This document shows, one piece after another, positions 19,686 to 33,818 of a stretch of DNA of 48,309 bases. The notes under the pieces were generated by a model. That model made no database searches and was not told the DNA's origin. It worked only from the letters and a program-made list of their open reading frames with translations. This stretch comes from Thraustochytrium aureum (lineage: Eukaryota). Made by a program: the position numbers and the translations under genes. The stretch spans positions 56,961 to 105,269 of the forward strand of contig BLSG01000009.1 of the NCBI GenBank assembly GCA_012862495.1, written 5' to 3'. The stretch's first letter is position 1. Each line of letters opens with the position of its first letter.

Positions 19686-20398
19686 NNNNNNNNNNNNNNN
19701 NNNNNNNNNNNNNNNNNNNNNNNNNNNNNNNNNNNNNNNNNNNNNNNNNNNNNNNNNNNNNNNNNNNNNNNNNNNNNNNNNNNNNNNNNNNNNNNNNNNN
19801 NNNNNNNNNNNNNNNNNNNNNNNNNNNNNNNNNNNNNNNNNNNNNNNNNNNNNNNNNNNNNNNNNNNNNNNNNNNNNNNNNNNNNNNNNNNNNNNNNNNN
19901 NNNNNNNNNNNNNNNNNNNNNNNNNNNNNNNNNNNNNNNNNNNNNNNNNNNNNNNNNNNNNNNNNNNNNNNNNNNNNNNNNNNNNNNNNNNNNNNNNNNN
20001 NNNNNNNNNNNNNNNNNNNNNNNNNNNNNNNNNNNNNNNNNNNNNNNNNNNNNNNNNNNNNNNNNNNNNNNNNNNNNNNNNNNNNNNNNNNNNNNNNNNN
20101 NNNNNNNNNNNNNNNNNNNNNNNNNNNNNNNNNGTCTACTTGGGCTGTCGAACGTTCAAGGCTGTGCCTGGCTGGCTCCCTGAAAGCTTGCGATTCTGTT
20201 TGCGCGTGCGCCCTGTCTGCGCCGTGCATGCAGGGGAAGGGAGCTGGCTTGGCCGTCTGCGCCGACGCGAAACCGAGTCCGTTCGCTTGCGTGAGCGGGT
20301 GGGTTGTGCAAAGCCCCCTCGCGCATGCGCACCTGCTACAACGGGCCAAACGGAGGAGTACTTGGCGCTGATTTTACAAACAACATCTACTAACAAAC

Positions 20399-23300
20399 TC
20401 AATCGTTGAGCATGCTGACCAAAGCGACGCCACGGCGCACCCAGTGGTTGGCATCCGCTCGTGTCGGCAGTTCGATCTGGCACACCAAGTTGGAGCTGTG
20501 CCCCGTCGTTGTCAACGTGCCGTAGCGCAAGGACGTTTTGTACAGCGGACAAAAGTACACATCGTCGTCTGTCTCCGCTGCGCCGTCCTTGTGCTTGGCG
20601 AACAGGTTCACCAACGGCAGCGGGTCGTGCAAGACGCCAGGCTCCGCCTCCGCAAGCTGCATTGTCGCAACGTCAAAGCGAGCGCCCTCCAAAAACAGCC
20701 CGTGAATGTACACGCCGAGCTTTGGAGGGCGCACCGCGCGCACCTCACTCTGCTCCTCCACGCGGGTCATCGACACCGCATACCCAAGCCGTAGCTCGTC
20801 GATGGGAACCTTGGCCTTGCGCACGTGGTGCTGCAAGACCGCGGTGAGAAAGCCTTGGGGAAAGAAAAACTCGAGATCCAGAACGAGGGCGGCGGGCCGC
20901 GGACCAGCCAGTCGTTTATCGACCCAATGCGCTCCAAAAAGTCGACCACCCAGGACCCAAGCGGCTTTAGGCAGGGATAATGCTGCCACTGCGCAGGCAC
21001 GCGCTGGTAGAGCAGCCGCTCGTACATGTCCTCAAGGGGCGCGCTCATCACCACTAGGCCTTGCGTGGCAAGAACAAGCTCGCTCAGGGAGGATTCCACA
21101 GCGCTGCGCATCGCCTTAAGCCGCGCCAGCTCTTGGGCGAGAAACACCCCGAGGGCGTTCACGCGGCCGTCGACCAGCGCAAAGGACTCGGCGTGCGCCG
21201 CGGTCCTGTCGAGCGCTTGCGCCGCCTTGACGCGCTGCAGTATCTGCTCGGCGAGCCGCCTCACAACCTCGTCGTCGGAGCTCGCCGCTCCGCCGGCCTG
21301 CACCGGCTCTGCATCGCTGTGCGACTCGGCCTCCGCCTCAGCCTTGGCGTCCCTGTCGGCCTCTTGCTCTGCCTGCGCCTTGTCGGCCACCCCAAGGTTG
21401 ACCTGCGAGGATATCAGCGTGTCCAAGAGGCACTTGGTTTCGCTCTCTTGGAATGTGATGTCCGCGTTGGCGTGCAATCCAAAGAGCGCCGGCTTGTCGT
21501 CTCGCGGGAGCCCGTCCACGTAAGAGCTCATTTCGGCCAAGGTCGGCGCATCGGGAACTCGAAACGCTTGCACCCCGGGCACGACAGAAAACCCGCCGCA
21601 AAGGATGTCCTTGCAAAAGTACTGCATCAGGATCGACTGGTTCGTACGCTTGTCCATTTTGTCCGTAATGCGGCCCCCGTACACCACGTCGCCCACCATG
21701 ACCAGAAGGGTCTCGAAGGGCACGCTGTGGCCCTCCGCTTCGCTTTCCTCCAGAAAGAGCTTGACGTTCTTCAGAGCCGTCTTGAGGTCCGAATTCATCC
21801 ACCCGTACTGGATGTTCCACCCAATCGCACCAAACTTGCGCCGCTCGAGGATCAGCGCGTTGTAAAACATGAGACCGAACAAGAGCCGCCGCCATGTTGT
21901 GGAGCCTTGCTCGTACTCGTCTGGCGAGAGGTCGTTGAACGAGCGGGCCATGTTTGCGCGCACCCCTCGCGGCGGCTCGTTCGTTATCTTGATCCCGTTT
22001 TGGAGAACGGTGACTGGGAACTTTGGGCTCGGGTCCGAGGTAAGCCACAGCCGGTGCTCGACGTGGATCTTGCCCTCCGCCGCGAGCACGTCCGCGCTCT
22101 CCAGGAGCTGCTCGAGCCTTGATAGCCACGACACCGCAAGGTGGCAGTTTTGCAGGCACACCCAGCTGCCCGACTCGCGAGCGTCGCTGATGAGCCGCTC
22201 TGCCACGGGGCCCTGGCCCTGCCCGAGTGAAATGATGCGCAGTCCGTTGCCGCCTTTCCCGCAGGCTTCTGCGATCTCAAGCAGGTTGTTTGTGACTTCT
22301 GCACCAGGCGAGAGGATAAAGATGATGGGCGTCGCACACGTCGAATCCGCATAAGCGCCCTTGAGGTCGAAGGGCGGGGACTGCATGTAGGCTGCCCCAA
22401 GTGCGTCACCCACAAAGTCGCGCGCAGCAAAGATGACCTGCTCCTTGCGAAAGGCTCGCACCAAAAGCAGCTTTTGGAACGGGTTTAGCCGGTCCTCCCA
22501 TTCACCCGGAAGCGGAGCGCGCTGCATGTCATCCATCGCGGCCCACGCCTGCCACTCGCGCGCGTGCGATACCTGCACGTCGAGGGCCAGCCCCTTAAAG
22601 TCAGGAAACGCCGATGCGCAGGAGCAAACCTCGATCCACGTTCGCCGGTCGCCAACAATCTCGGGTGTGTCGCCAAACACCTCCAACAGGCCTCGAATCT
22701 CGCTCTCGTCCACGCAGCCCAAAAGGAACTGCCGCCACTCTGCGGCAGAGATGCGGCCGGCGTCCCGCATGATCTCTACGGCGATCTTGAAGCTGAAGAC
22801 AAGCTTGTCCTTCTCGAAGAGCCCCCTGCAAATGTTGATGTACACCTTCTCCGAGATGTTGTTCAAGAGCAAGCTGACGCGCTCCTCGACCACCTCGGAG
22901 CGCGGCGCGCCCTCAATGAGCAGCACGAACAGGCTCTGAAAGTACTGCAGCGAGTACTGGTACATGGGATCGATGCTCGGCAGCGAGGCGATCACAAAGT
23001 ACAAGATGGAGCCACGCCGAGCGACCGTGCGGTAGACTTCGCGGGCCCTGTTGATCTCTGCCGTGGTGTGCTCTGCCTCGGCCATCCGCGTGTTGATCGC
23101 CTGCGACGTCTTCTTGGATTTGCCAAGCTCCTCGATGAGCTGCTCGTCGTCGAGGATGTTGCCGGATGAGTTGGCCAGCATGAAGAGGATCTTGTCCTCG
23201 ATCTCCTTGAGCTCGCGCTTGTCGTTGGCGATGGAGACCACGAGCTCGTCCTTGCGCACCTCGAGGTCCGGGCGCTCGCAACGCACCACGTCTACGAGGA

Positions 23301-26300
23301 GCTGGTCCTCGAGCCCGCTTAGCGTCACGGTAAAGTTGACCAGGGTGACCTTGACCATCACTTCAGGCATGTAGTGCGGGTTGGGCAACTTGGTCGTTAT
23401 GAACAGCTTAAAGTCGTCCGAGTAGGGGACGTCCGTGTCCCCGAGCCGAAGGAGCACCTGGCCGCCGCGCTTGAAAACCTGTTTCAGCAGCACCGGTTCC
23501 AGGGTCGCGTCCAGAGTCTCGCCAACATTCTCCAAGAGCACGGGCGACCCAAACCGGATCGAGTTCTCCAGCGTCCGCAAAAAGTCCGGGTCGGAGAGCT
23601 TGATAACCTTGAGCCCGCGGCTCGGCCTCCCCACCGCGCCACCTGCAGGAGGCGCGCTCGAGTCTTCGCGAAAGGTATTTCGAATCCACTTGTTTGCCTG
23701 GCCCTGGGGATCGATCATGAGCGGCCAGCGACGGCCCATTGTGGCAAGAATCCCGTTCTCGGTGGAAAACGTGTCGGCGGGAAGCCCGTCGATGTGCCAC
23801 TGGCGCACGGTGGTCGGGTCGGAAATCATTCGCAAGATCGACTCTTCTCCGGCTTGCACCGGGATGCGGTTTCGGCGGCACAGGGCCGACCACTCTGCCG
23901 TCAACTTGGCGCGGTAGGATGCCGTAAAGGGCCCCATGTACGCGATGCAGCCCGTAGCGAGCATCGTGTTGCCCACCAGGTTGCTCAGGTCCTCTTGCAG
24001 TTGCGTGGCCAGCATCGTCCACCGCCCCTTTTCGTCGCCGAGGCCGTAAATGAGCTGCTGTGCGCGTGCAAGCTGCACTTCGGTTTGTTTGGCACGGTCC
24101 TCGATGTCCTTCTTGTTTTGCAGGCTCTCCTCGTACTGCGCCCTAAGAGCCTCCACTTTGGCAATGATCGCTCGCAGGTTGGCCTGTTTTTGCTCCAGCT
24201 CGCGCTCCACTTGCTCCAGGCTGGTCTCCGCCTCTGCAAGCTTGGCCTGCTTTGGGGCAATGTTCTTCACCACCTTGTCGTAGATGTACACTGCGTGCAC
24301 CCACATGCAGAGCGAGCACGCCGCAGTCGAGACCGACTTCATTTTATCGGCGTTAAAGTCGGGCTCGTTGATGTACTTTGCGAGCTTGCGGACCTTTTTG
24401 GGGTCGATGTTGTCCTTGTCAAACTCTTTGAGCTTTTGCAGAAAGTTGATGTCGTTCAAGAGACGCTTCGCAGTGGCCCAGTCAGGCTTGACGCCGAGCA
24501 AGATGCAGACCGCCTCGAGGGTGAAGGCCACCAAGGGGGGCGGCTGCGCAAACGACTTTAGCTCCTGGATGCTCTTCTTGTCCAGAAGATCGAGCGCTTT
24601 GACAGCAGACTCGTAGGCCGGCATCGCCTCGTCGAGGTCAGCTTGGCACTCGTTTCGGATGGCGTTCACCTCGGCGGCCACTTCCTTGGCCACCGCCTCG
24701 TCCTTCAACGCAATCGACTGTGCAGCGTCAGCCTCTTCCTGGTCAACGGCGACGCGCTCAAGAAGTGCGGAAGTGTCCTTTTGGGCGCGCTCGAGCGTCG
24801 GCACAAGCTCGGTGAGCGAGTCCTGCAGCCCAGCAACCACCTGCTCGGTTTCGAGGAGCTTCTGTAGTCCGTTCTGGTACCGTGCGAGCCGGCCAGAGAC
24901 CACCTCGCGCTGCTCTTCGAGCATGGACTTGTATGTTCGGATCAGCTCGAGGTAAGACGTGGGCGTGGTGTAGTTGTGCCGGCCGTCGCGCTCTAAATAC
25001 GCCTTGCTCGAGGCCTCGACGCTTTTGTGGATGTGAACGCACATGTGGCACAGAGGCTCCACGTACGCCTCGATCCCAAGCGCACGGTCGTTTTGCACGA
25101 GGAAGAAGCGCGCCACCGAGAAGAGCGCGTCGCGCGGCCACGGATCGAACCAGTCAATCGTGCAGCAATTCACCAGCGACGGAAACATTCTGCACCGCGT
25201 CCGGAAGGAGGACCCGATAGGCGAGAACGCTAGCACGATGTGCAGGTTCTCGCGCACGCGGTCCCGGTAAAAGCCCAAGAGGCTCTCGCGCGACTCTGCG
25301 CGGCCCGCAGCGCTCGCTAGGGGCCGAATGCCGCTCAAGATCTTCTCGGTGTCCTCTGGCTGGTACAGGTTTGGCACCTCGCCCGAGTTGAGGAGGTTGT
25401 TGATGTCTTCCAAGAACGACTCGTAGGCGATCTGCGTATCGCTGAATAGAAACGTGATGGGCTCTGGGCCGGTGCCCGCCCGAATGAGTATGTCACGAAG
25501 GCTCTCGTGGAATTCGGCGGGGCCGTAGCCTCGGGTCATTTCGATAGAGACGCACTTGAAGCCCGCGATGAACGTGGCGAGCCGAGTCAAACTCTGGCGC
25601 CCCGACCCACCCACGCCAACCAGGAGTGCGTTTCCGCGCGGCTGCCGCAAGACGCGGCAGATCCGAGCGACGTGGCGAATCGCGTCTTGGAAGAACACCA
25701 GGTGCATCTGCGTCGGAAAGGTGATGTTGTACTCCTCCAGGTAGTCGGAAAAGAGGCCGGAGAGTGCCTCGAGCTCGCTCTGGCAACTCGCCACCAGCTC
25801 GTATGGCTTGTTCGGGTGGTCTTCCTTTGACCGAAAGTCCCCAAAGACCAGCGCCCCGACGTCACGGGCGCGACCATCGCTTTCGCCTTGGCTGCTCGCC
25901 TTGCTGTCCACCGTGACAGAGGCGGCCATCGTCGGAATTTGCATGCCAAGGATACTAACGGCGGCCTTGTCAAACCAAGCCCGATCCTCTGCACACATGA
26001 GGCGGTCCCTGAACACTCGCGCTTGCTCATGCAGCCACAGCTGAACGACGACGTCCTGCGAGGGCAGCTTTGGGCGCGGACCATGAGCATGCCCTGGAAC
26101 ACCTTGCTCACGTCTCGAAGGTTAAACGTGTAGTGCGACTTGCTCGGCGTCGGCAGCATTTCTCCCAGCACGGCGTTGTAGAGCCGCACACTAGCGCGAA
26201 CGATAGGGCCTGACAAGTCGGAGAGAGCCGGCACCTCGCAACGCAGAAAGCCGCCGAGGATCGCGTTGAAAATAGTCTCGAGGCTCGAGTCGCCGAGCTG

Positions 26301-29300
26301 GGGCATCCACAATGCGTGAAAGTGGCGCAACAGCCGCGGCGGGAGCTCGCTCCGGCCTCCGCCTGGTGGCGCGCACGCCGCCAGCACGTTGACGTCTGTG
26401 ACAGCCTTGAAAAAGAGCTTGTCCGTGTCGTAATACCCACCCTGGTCGATGACCTGGCGAACAAGCTCGTTTGGAGGCTGCGCCCCATACGTCTCCAGCG
26501 CCGGCATGTTGATGTCGTCGATGAAGAGCAGCATGCGCTTCCCACCGGGAGGCCCTAGGAGGGCTTTGCGCTTCTTTTCAAGCGAGAGCTCGAGGACCTC
26601 CACCACGTTGTGCGGCGTCGTGCGCGCCGAGTAGTTGATCGTGGCCTGGACAAACTCTTGGCCCTTGCCTGTGAGCCGACTGAACCGGAGGCTTGCGCCG
26701 CGACTAAGTTGCGACTTGGCAGCCGCTGCGTTGGCACCCAAGGCAGTCGAGCCCGGCTCGTCCGCCCCGCACCCTCCTCGCCGACGCCATCCGGCTCTGG
26801 CAGAGCTGCGCCACATACGCTGTTCAAGAACGTACTGATGATACGCTCTTGCCAACGCCCGTCTCGCCTACGCAGAGCGCGTTGATCCGGTTGGTCGAGA
26901 GCAGCCGAAGCAAGTAGCTATAGCGCGTCGTATCTGGGGTGGGGACGAGCAGATCAAAGTACGGCGTGGCGGGCGAAAAGACGAAGGGCGCAATGGCGCG
27001 GTCCCAGGAAAGGAAGGTCGCCGAAGTCGGTTCCACAAAGACGTTGAACACATCGGTCACTCTGCCAGCGCCGTCCAGCAGAGGAGCAAGCTCTTGGAGG
27101 CAGAATGCCGAAAAGGCTGGGCGGCTCGACGCCGCAAGCCCACCGCCAACAGACCACGCGTACGAGAAGACGAACAGCATTGACACGAGACGCTCGAGCG
27201 ACGCGTGGTCCTCGCATACGTCTTGGAAGCTCAGCGCGCTACTCAAAAGGTTGAGGAAGCTCTGCATAACATGCGCATCGGACACGGGGATCCGCAGCAG
27301 AGCGTTGCTGCGAACCCACAGCAGGCCGCGCGGCACGTGCAGCTTGGCGAGCTTGCAAAGGCGAGCCGCCTGCGTGGGGAGCGTTTCTGCTATGCGAGTA
27401 CGTGTCGCCCAAGCGTCAACGCGCGCGTCCTGGCCGACGTGAATCTGCTCCATGTAGACCATGCCGCATCGCGAGACGGTTGCGGGCGACGCCACGGCGA
27501 GATCCTGGACTTCGAAGAGCATATGCACCGACGAGGGGATTTTGATGCGCTCCGAGTTGGCGAGGCAAAGCGTCTTGTTGTCGTCTAGCACCGTGTTCAT
27601 GTTTTCGATCCACACAGCGTCAACCGGGCCATCGAAAACGACCCACTTGCGCTCGTTGTCGTCGCGGATGCAGGTTCGCACAATGTGGGGGACGATGCCG
27701 TCGCTCCACTCGCCAGACATCTCGTTGAACATGCCGTAGAGCTCGCCCGCCGTGATCGACTTTGGGTTGAGAACCATGCGGCGCACAACCTTGAAAAAAC
27801 CCTCGTCGCCGTCAGAGTAGCCTTCGGCAAAGAGCGACCCCAGCGCTTTGGCCAGGATGCGCACGTTGGTCGTCTTGCCTGAGCCCGCCTCGCCGACGAC
27901 CATCATGCCATGGCGCACGAGCTGTGTCTCGTGCACCTGGATTACCTTGCGAACGAAAGCTGGCACCGGTACGAGGCCCTCCTTGACAACCTCCGCCTCG
28001 ATGGCCTCCTGGAGCCGGCCGTAATCGACGAAAGGGACGTCGACGCCTGGGAAAAGGTCGCCCAGGATGCCTTGAAAGAGGCCGAGGTCGTCTTCGAGAA
28101 ACTTGGGCACGTTCGAGTCGCGCATGGCGCGAATCAGCAAGAGGTCTTCGCTCGTGTTGGGCTCCTTGCGCTTGAGGCTCCCGGCGGCGACAAGGACCGA
28201 CTTGACTGCGCGCATCCCAAAGTCGTAGTGGTCTTGCTTGCTGAGCTGCTCCGAGCTCAGTTGGTACAACTGGGTCATTTTGTGGCTCAACGGGAGCGCG
28301 TTGCTGAAGCCTTCGGAGAAGAGGATGATCTCCGCGATGAGCCGGTAGTCGGGGACCATCATGGCAACCGGGCGGAAGAGCGCCTTGAGGTTGTCCGGCA
28401 GCTCGGTACGGCCGGCGTATCCCGGGTTCATGGTGATGAACACGCCAAAGTTGCTGTTGAGCGGGATCTGCTTTCCCTCAAAGTCAATTTTGGCGCGGCC
28501 GTGGATGATGCCTTGCTGGATCGTTAGGATCTGCTGGGCGATCACCGAGAGCACCTCGATGTCGATGCGATTAAACTCGTCAAAGCAGGCCCACGCGCCG
28601 CACTGGGCGAGCCCAGAGAAAAAGCGCCCCATGATTTTGTAGTCGAGCCCGTCCGAGCAGTTGAACACCACACATTGCACTGCGAGCGCCTTTGCAAGGT
28701 CCTTTGTAGTCTCGGTCTTGCCCGTGCCAGCGGGGCCGGCCGGCGCGCCCCCAAAGCGCAGGTGCAAGGCCCCGGTGAGCGTCATGTAGCAGAGGTCTGT
28801 TAGCGGGGTAATTACGAGCCGGGGCGAGTTGCCGAGGTACTCGTACGCGTACTCGAAGCGCGTGTTTGTCTGCCGCACCACGACCTGGCTCGACTCTTGC
28901 TCAAAGTAGTACCGGAGCTGGCGCGTCCACTCAAAGTTGGTCTCGGAGTCGATGCCTTGGCGAACAAAGGCCGAGACGACGTCGCGGGCGTGCACGTCGA
29001 GGACGATAAGGGCGCCCATGAGCGTGCGCTGGAGCCGCGAAAGCGAGCCTCGCACAGTCGCAATCATGGCGTCGATTTGCTCCACCGAGAACTCGAGGTG
29101 GCGCGCGACGGCGCCCGTCGCGCAGCGCGCGCGCAGTATTGAACGTCCATGTGATCTGGTCCACGGCGAGAACGCTTTGTGCGGCGTGCGAAAAGATCCA
29201 GTCCTGGCGGTCAACTTGCGAGGACTGGGCGTATTGCTCAAGCGCAGCGAGCGTGCACTGGCGCAAGGTCCGCCGCATGGCGCGCTCAACGCCGCGCAGC

Positions 29301-32300
29301 CACGTCTCCACGAGCTCGTTGTTGGGGTCGATCGGGTCGACGAACTTGATGTACTCGCCCTCCGCAGAGGTCATGCCGACGATCAAATTCTCGCGCGCCT
29401 CACCACTTGGCAAAGTGCGGGTCTCAAAATTGAGCGCCTTCATCGAGTCAAAGCACTTGCTCAAGTGGGCCTGGACTGCGGTTGGGTCGCGGGTCTGCGA
29501 GAGGATCTCCAAGAGCTCGTCGTTGCTGAGAAAGTAGAAGCGAGGGAAGGCGGCGCGCTTGGTCTCGAGATAGTTTTCCAGTGACTTTTGCGTCTCGTCG
29601 AGAAGCCGGTTGCAGTACTTGAACCTCTCGCACAGCTTGCCGGATATATCGGCCTCCTCCTCAGCGAGGCGGATCGCGGCGGTGTCGGACGCCGCGAGAC
29701 CCCCAGACCCGCTTCGGGCGAGCTCGTCGACTGCGCCCTCGGCGCCTTGCCCTGCGATTGGGGAGGTCGCAGAGAGCGCGGCTTCGCTGACAGGGCCGCC
29801 AAGCATCCGCCGTGAAACGCTGTCGATGACCAAGGGGTTTTCCTTTGTGCGCAGCATCGCGTCCTTCCACAGGCGGTCAACGGTCTGGAACTTGTCGGCC
29901 TCTTCGGGGAGCTGCTCTTGGATGTCGTCTGCGCAGAAAATCGTTTCAAGATACATCCACTGCCGCTGGCACAAGACCCATTCGTCTAGGGTGTCCGAAA
30001 GGAGCGACAGCTTGCGCTGCCAGAGCTCGACGTCGCGCTGGACGCCGGCGAGGAAGCGGCTGCCCATCATGGTTTGCAGCGTGACCTGGTTGTCCTCCAA
30101 AAGGGTGAAAACATCCTCGAGGCTGGCGAGGATGTACACGCCCTTGAGGCTGCGATAGGGGAGAAGCTCAAAGCGCGTCTCGCTCCATGCGCGTCGTATC
30201 TTGTCCAAAGACGCCTCGAGCGCGGCCTCCCCGGACGCGTTGGCGGATATTTCGCTGACTTTCTGTGCATGCTTGAAGACCTCGTAGTCGGTGAGATTAT
30301 CGAGCGTGAACGAGCTAGAGGGAAACCAGGGCTGGCGAAGCACCCGGAACACCTGCTCCCAGTGGCGGTCTTTCATCGAGGGGTTGCCAAGCTCGAGGAT
30401 GACGGGGACGTGCTGCTTGAAGGACGAGCAGGTCTCGAGGAAGCGCTCTGTGACGCTGTTGCCGAGGCGCTTGTGCGCCAACGCGGCAGCCTTGTAGATG
30501 GTCTGCACGTCCAAGCTGAGTGCCTCGACGTCGAGGTGCTGAAAGTCCGAGTGGTACCACTCTGCGACCTTCGTGCTCCAAGAGTGGATTGTCTGCCAGA
30601 GGGAGTGGTGGCTCTCAAAAGCCTGCTCGGCCTCTCGAAGGGTCTTGTAGTCGTAGACGGTGATGCCAAAAAGCTCCTGGTACTGCGAGTAGGTCTTGCT
30701 GAGGTCGTTGAGCTGGTCCAGCTTGACGCGGACTGCGGTGAACTCCTCAAGGACCTCGGCAGGGTCAGCATCGGGGTCGACAAAGATGCCGGACCCGACA
30801 GTCTGTTTGATCGTCGCGATCTGCTCTCCCAGCTTGGCGATGTTCATGTCGAGGTTTTGGTTCATCTCGGGCAGGCGAGACTCGACGAAGCTCTCTGCGT
30901 CGGCCCGCTTGGAGGAAAAGGTTTCGGTATAGTGCTTGAGGTCGTCGAACTGGACCATGTCCACCGCGGAGACTTTCATCCCGTAAGAGGAGCAGAGCCG
31001 GTACATTTCTTCGACTGCCGCGGTGTTGCGCATCATGTCGCGCGTGTCCATCTTGAGCTGTTGGACGTATTGTACGTGGTGCGCAAAGTCCTTGAGGTGC
31101 TGCGGCTGCGCCTCCAGCTCCCGCAGGAGGACTTTGTACTCGTCGAGCATTTCGCTGCACTTTTCGCGCGCCAGTTGGGCCAGGAGGCCCTTCATGCGGT
31201 CGAGCCCGAGGTCGGTGACCGGGACGAGCGAGCTTCGGAGCTTGCGCGACTCGACGTGCAGGATGCCGACCGTGCTGCCGACGCGCATGCGCTCGAGCTC
31301 TTTGGCCCAGTCTGCGAGGACAGCCATATCCTTCTTGATCGTGCTTAGCGCGACGCCCTTGCTCTTGTAGGCCTCAAAGTCGAAGGTCTCGTTGTAGACG
31401 TAGATGGGGAGCACCTGCTCGAATGTGCGCGCGTACTCTGCGGCTTCCACGAAGTCGAGCCCGACCTTGCGGTCCATCTGGTCCGTGATCTCGCAGTACA
31501 GTTTTGAGTTGAGTACCAGGTTGCGCACGTCTGGGCTGTCGACGATGAGCGGGGCAACGATGGCCTTGAAGGGGCGGATGAAGATGATGCGCGAGACCGA
31601 GCCGACAGTGCGGATCGTCGACGCGCTGAGCTCGTGCAAGAGGTCGACGATGTCCTGGCTGTTGGGGGAGAACTCGATCACGCGCGCAGGCGTAAAGTGC
31701 ACGGCGGTCTCAAACATGCCGGACTTGCGCGAGTTTTTAAGCAGCTCGTTGAGGAGGTCCTGGTGCGTGTTGACGCACATGGCCACGAGATTCTCCACGG
31801 TCATGTAGTCGGCAAGGCGCACAAAGTCGCCGAGCATGCCGGCCTCCTGCATGGCCAGCTTGAGCTTGTGCACCCGCTCGGCGCGCTCTTCCTTGAGCGC
31901 CACAAGCGAGCGGGTTTTCAGCTCGCGGGGGTCGTTCATCCCGTTGATGCTGCTTTGGAACGCCTCGTTCGTGATGCGGGCGCGCCGCGTCGCGTCATTG
32001 CAGACGCGCTCGCAGACGACTTGCACCTTCTCCATGATGGACTCGAGCTCCTTGCTCGCTTCGGCGCGCTTGGCGTTTTGGTGCTCGCTAAAGTGGCCCG
32101 CTTCGTAGGTCTTTTGCGACCGCAGGTCCAACAACGTCACGTGGTGCATTTCCGCGATGCACTTGTTGATTTCCAGGAGCGGCTCGCAGAAAGACTTTTT
32201 CGCCAGGAAGAGGCGCTGCGCGAGCTTCTTCCGCTGTTGGCTGTAGCGGTTGTACCGGATTGCGGAGCGCCAGGACCGAAACATTTTGTAGACCAGGTAG

Positions 32301-33154
32301 TGCTTGAAGAAGCGGATGGACGAGATCACGTTAAAGATGGTCGACAGCCGCATCCACTCGCTGAGCGGGACAAAGTCGGACGGCTCGTCCGGGGCGACGC
32401 GCACAACGCCGGCCGAGGACATTGTGAAGTGCTCGGGCTCGGTGTCCTCGGCGCTCACAACCTCCAGGTCGTACGGGCGAAAGCGCTTGCCCGGGGCTGC
32501 GCGGTTGAGGTGCAGGAACTTCACAGGCGTGTTGGCGCCGTGCAGCGCGAAGAAGGAGACTGCTTCGTCCCCCGTGCTCAGGCGAGATAGTGCCTGCTGC
32601 GCAAAGTCGTACTCGCGCCCGCCCTCAAAGGGCATTGCAGCAGCGGCATTTGCGCGGCCCGCCTCTGTGGGGCGCCGAGCCGCTTTGTTCTGGCGCGTCG
32701 GCGACCTCTTCGACGCAGAGTCGGGAATGCCGGTGGGGCTAGCCGCGCCTTGGGCCCATGCTCGTGCGCCGTTCTTCGTTGCGCTTCGTGGGCTGCCCGT
32801 TTCGCGTCTCTCGGCCTCGTCAGCGGCGGCCGACGGGGGGGCACTCGTGACGCGTCCTCGTGCCGAGAAAGACCCCCGACTGCTCTCAAAGGTCGTCGCC
32901 GCCGCGCTCGCGCGAACGCGCGCTCTAGAGGACCCCGGCGGTGGTCGAGGTGACATGACGCTCGCGTCGGCTCGTTTCGCGCCGAGCCCATCGTCAAACC
33001 CGCCCAGCCCATAGTCGATCGCCCCCGCTTTCACCGGCTGCACCGTCCTCCGCCGCTGTGCCGTCTCCTCCACCTTGATCCTCGGCACCTTTCGCGCCAA
33101 ATGCGCTGGCCGCCCTCCGTCCCCATCCAGCTCCGCGAAGCTAATACTCACGCT
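20399..33154 (-). CDS. DNAH6: Axonemal inner-arm dynein heavy chain, DNAH6-like; 4-5 single-base frameshifts; true start probably in or near gap 33326-33586
   Basis: Tail RFRPYDLEVV; linker FPRFYFLSNDELLEILS; AAA1 GPAGTGKTETTKDLAKALA and CFDEFNRIDIEVLSVIAQQ; LSSEQLSKQDHYDFGMRAVKSVL; AAA2 GEAGSGKT; AAA3 GETGVGKS; AAA4 GVGGSGRQS; stalk/MTBD; AAA5 RRWPLMIDPQGQAN; AAA6 QNCHL; C-terminal CPLYKT...HWVRRGVAL. The frame breaks at ~29115, ~26843 (+~26766), ~26063 and ~20867. The DNAH6 subfamily call is from recalled motifs. Confidence 0.93.
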
Positions 33155-33775
33155 CTGCCCGCTCCCGGGTCCCCGCCCTTGCCGTCCATCCCTGCGCGCG
33201 ACACCCGCAAACGCGCCAGCGCAGCGCGCCCTTCCTCGCCGCGGCGCACTATCGCAGCGCAACCAGCCCCGTCGCCTGCCCAGCGCCGCGCCCCGCACGC
33301 AACCAGCCACGCAATAGGGCTCTGCNNNNNNNNNNNNNNNNNNNNNNNNNNNNNNNNNNNNNNNNNNNNNNNNNNNNNNNNNNNNNNNNNNNNNNNNNNN
33401 NNNNNNNNNNNNNNNNNNNNNNNNNNNNNNNNNNNNNNNNNNNNNNNNNNNNNNNNNNNNNNNNNNNNNNNNNNNNNNNNNNNNNNNNNNNNNNNNNNNN
33501 NNNNNNNNNNNNNNNNNNNNNNNNNNNNNNNNNNNNNNNNNNNNNNNNNNNNNNNNNNNNNNNNNNNNNNNNNNNNNNNNNNNNNNTGCTCCTGCTCCTG
33601 CTCGTCCTCCGTAGTCAATGCATGCACTCGATCCCCATGGCCGTTACAGCCCAGCCCAGCAGCCGTGACCCTCTATTATTATATATTTATTTATTTGAGG
33701 GGCACGAGAGAGCCGTTGAGCGCCGTGCGGGAGAGCCGTTGCGGCGGGGATGTGGAGCATGGGATGGCGAGCACG

Positions 33776-33818
33776 GGATGGATGAGGATGGATGGATGAG
33801 GATGGATCGATGGATGGA
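33776..33818. repeat. (GGAT)n microsatellite
   Basis: ggatggatgaggatggatggatgaggatggatcgatggatgga. Confidence 0.8.

Noticed and set aside
8194..32590. Long antisense ORFs (e.g. 8194-9807 +, 18043-20349 -, 23374-24561 +, 30074-31348 +)
   Set aside because: These are shadow ORFs produced by the high GC3 of the real genes on the opposite strand.
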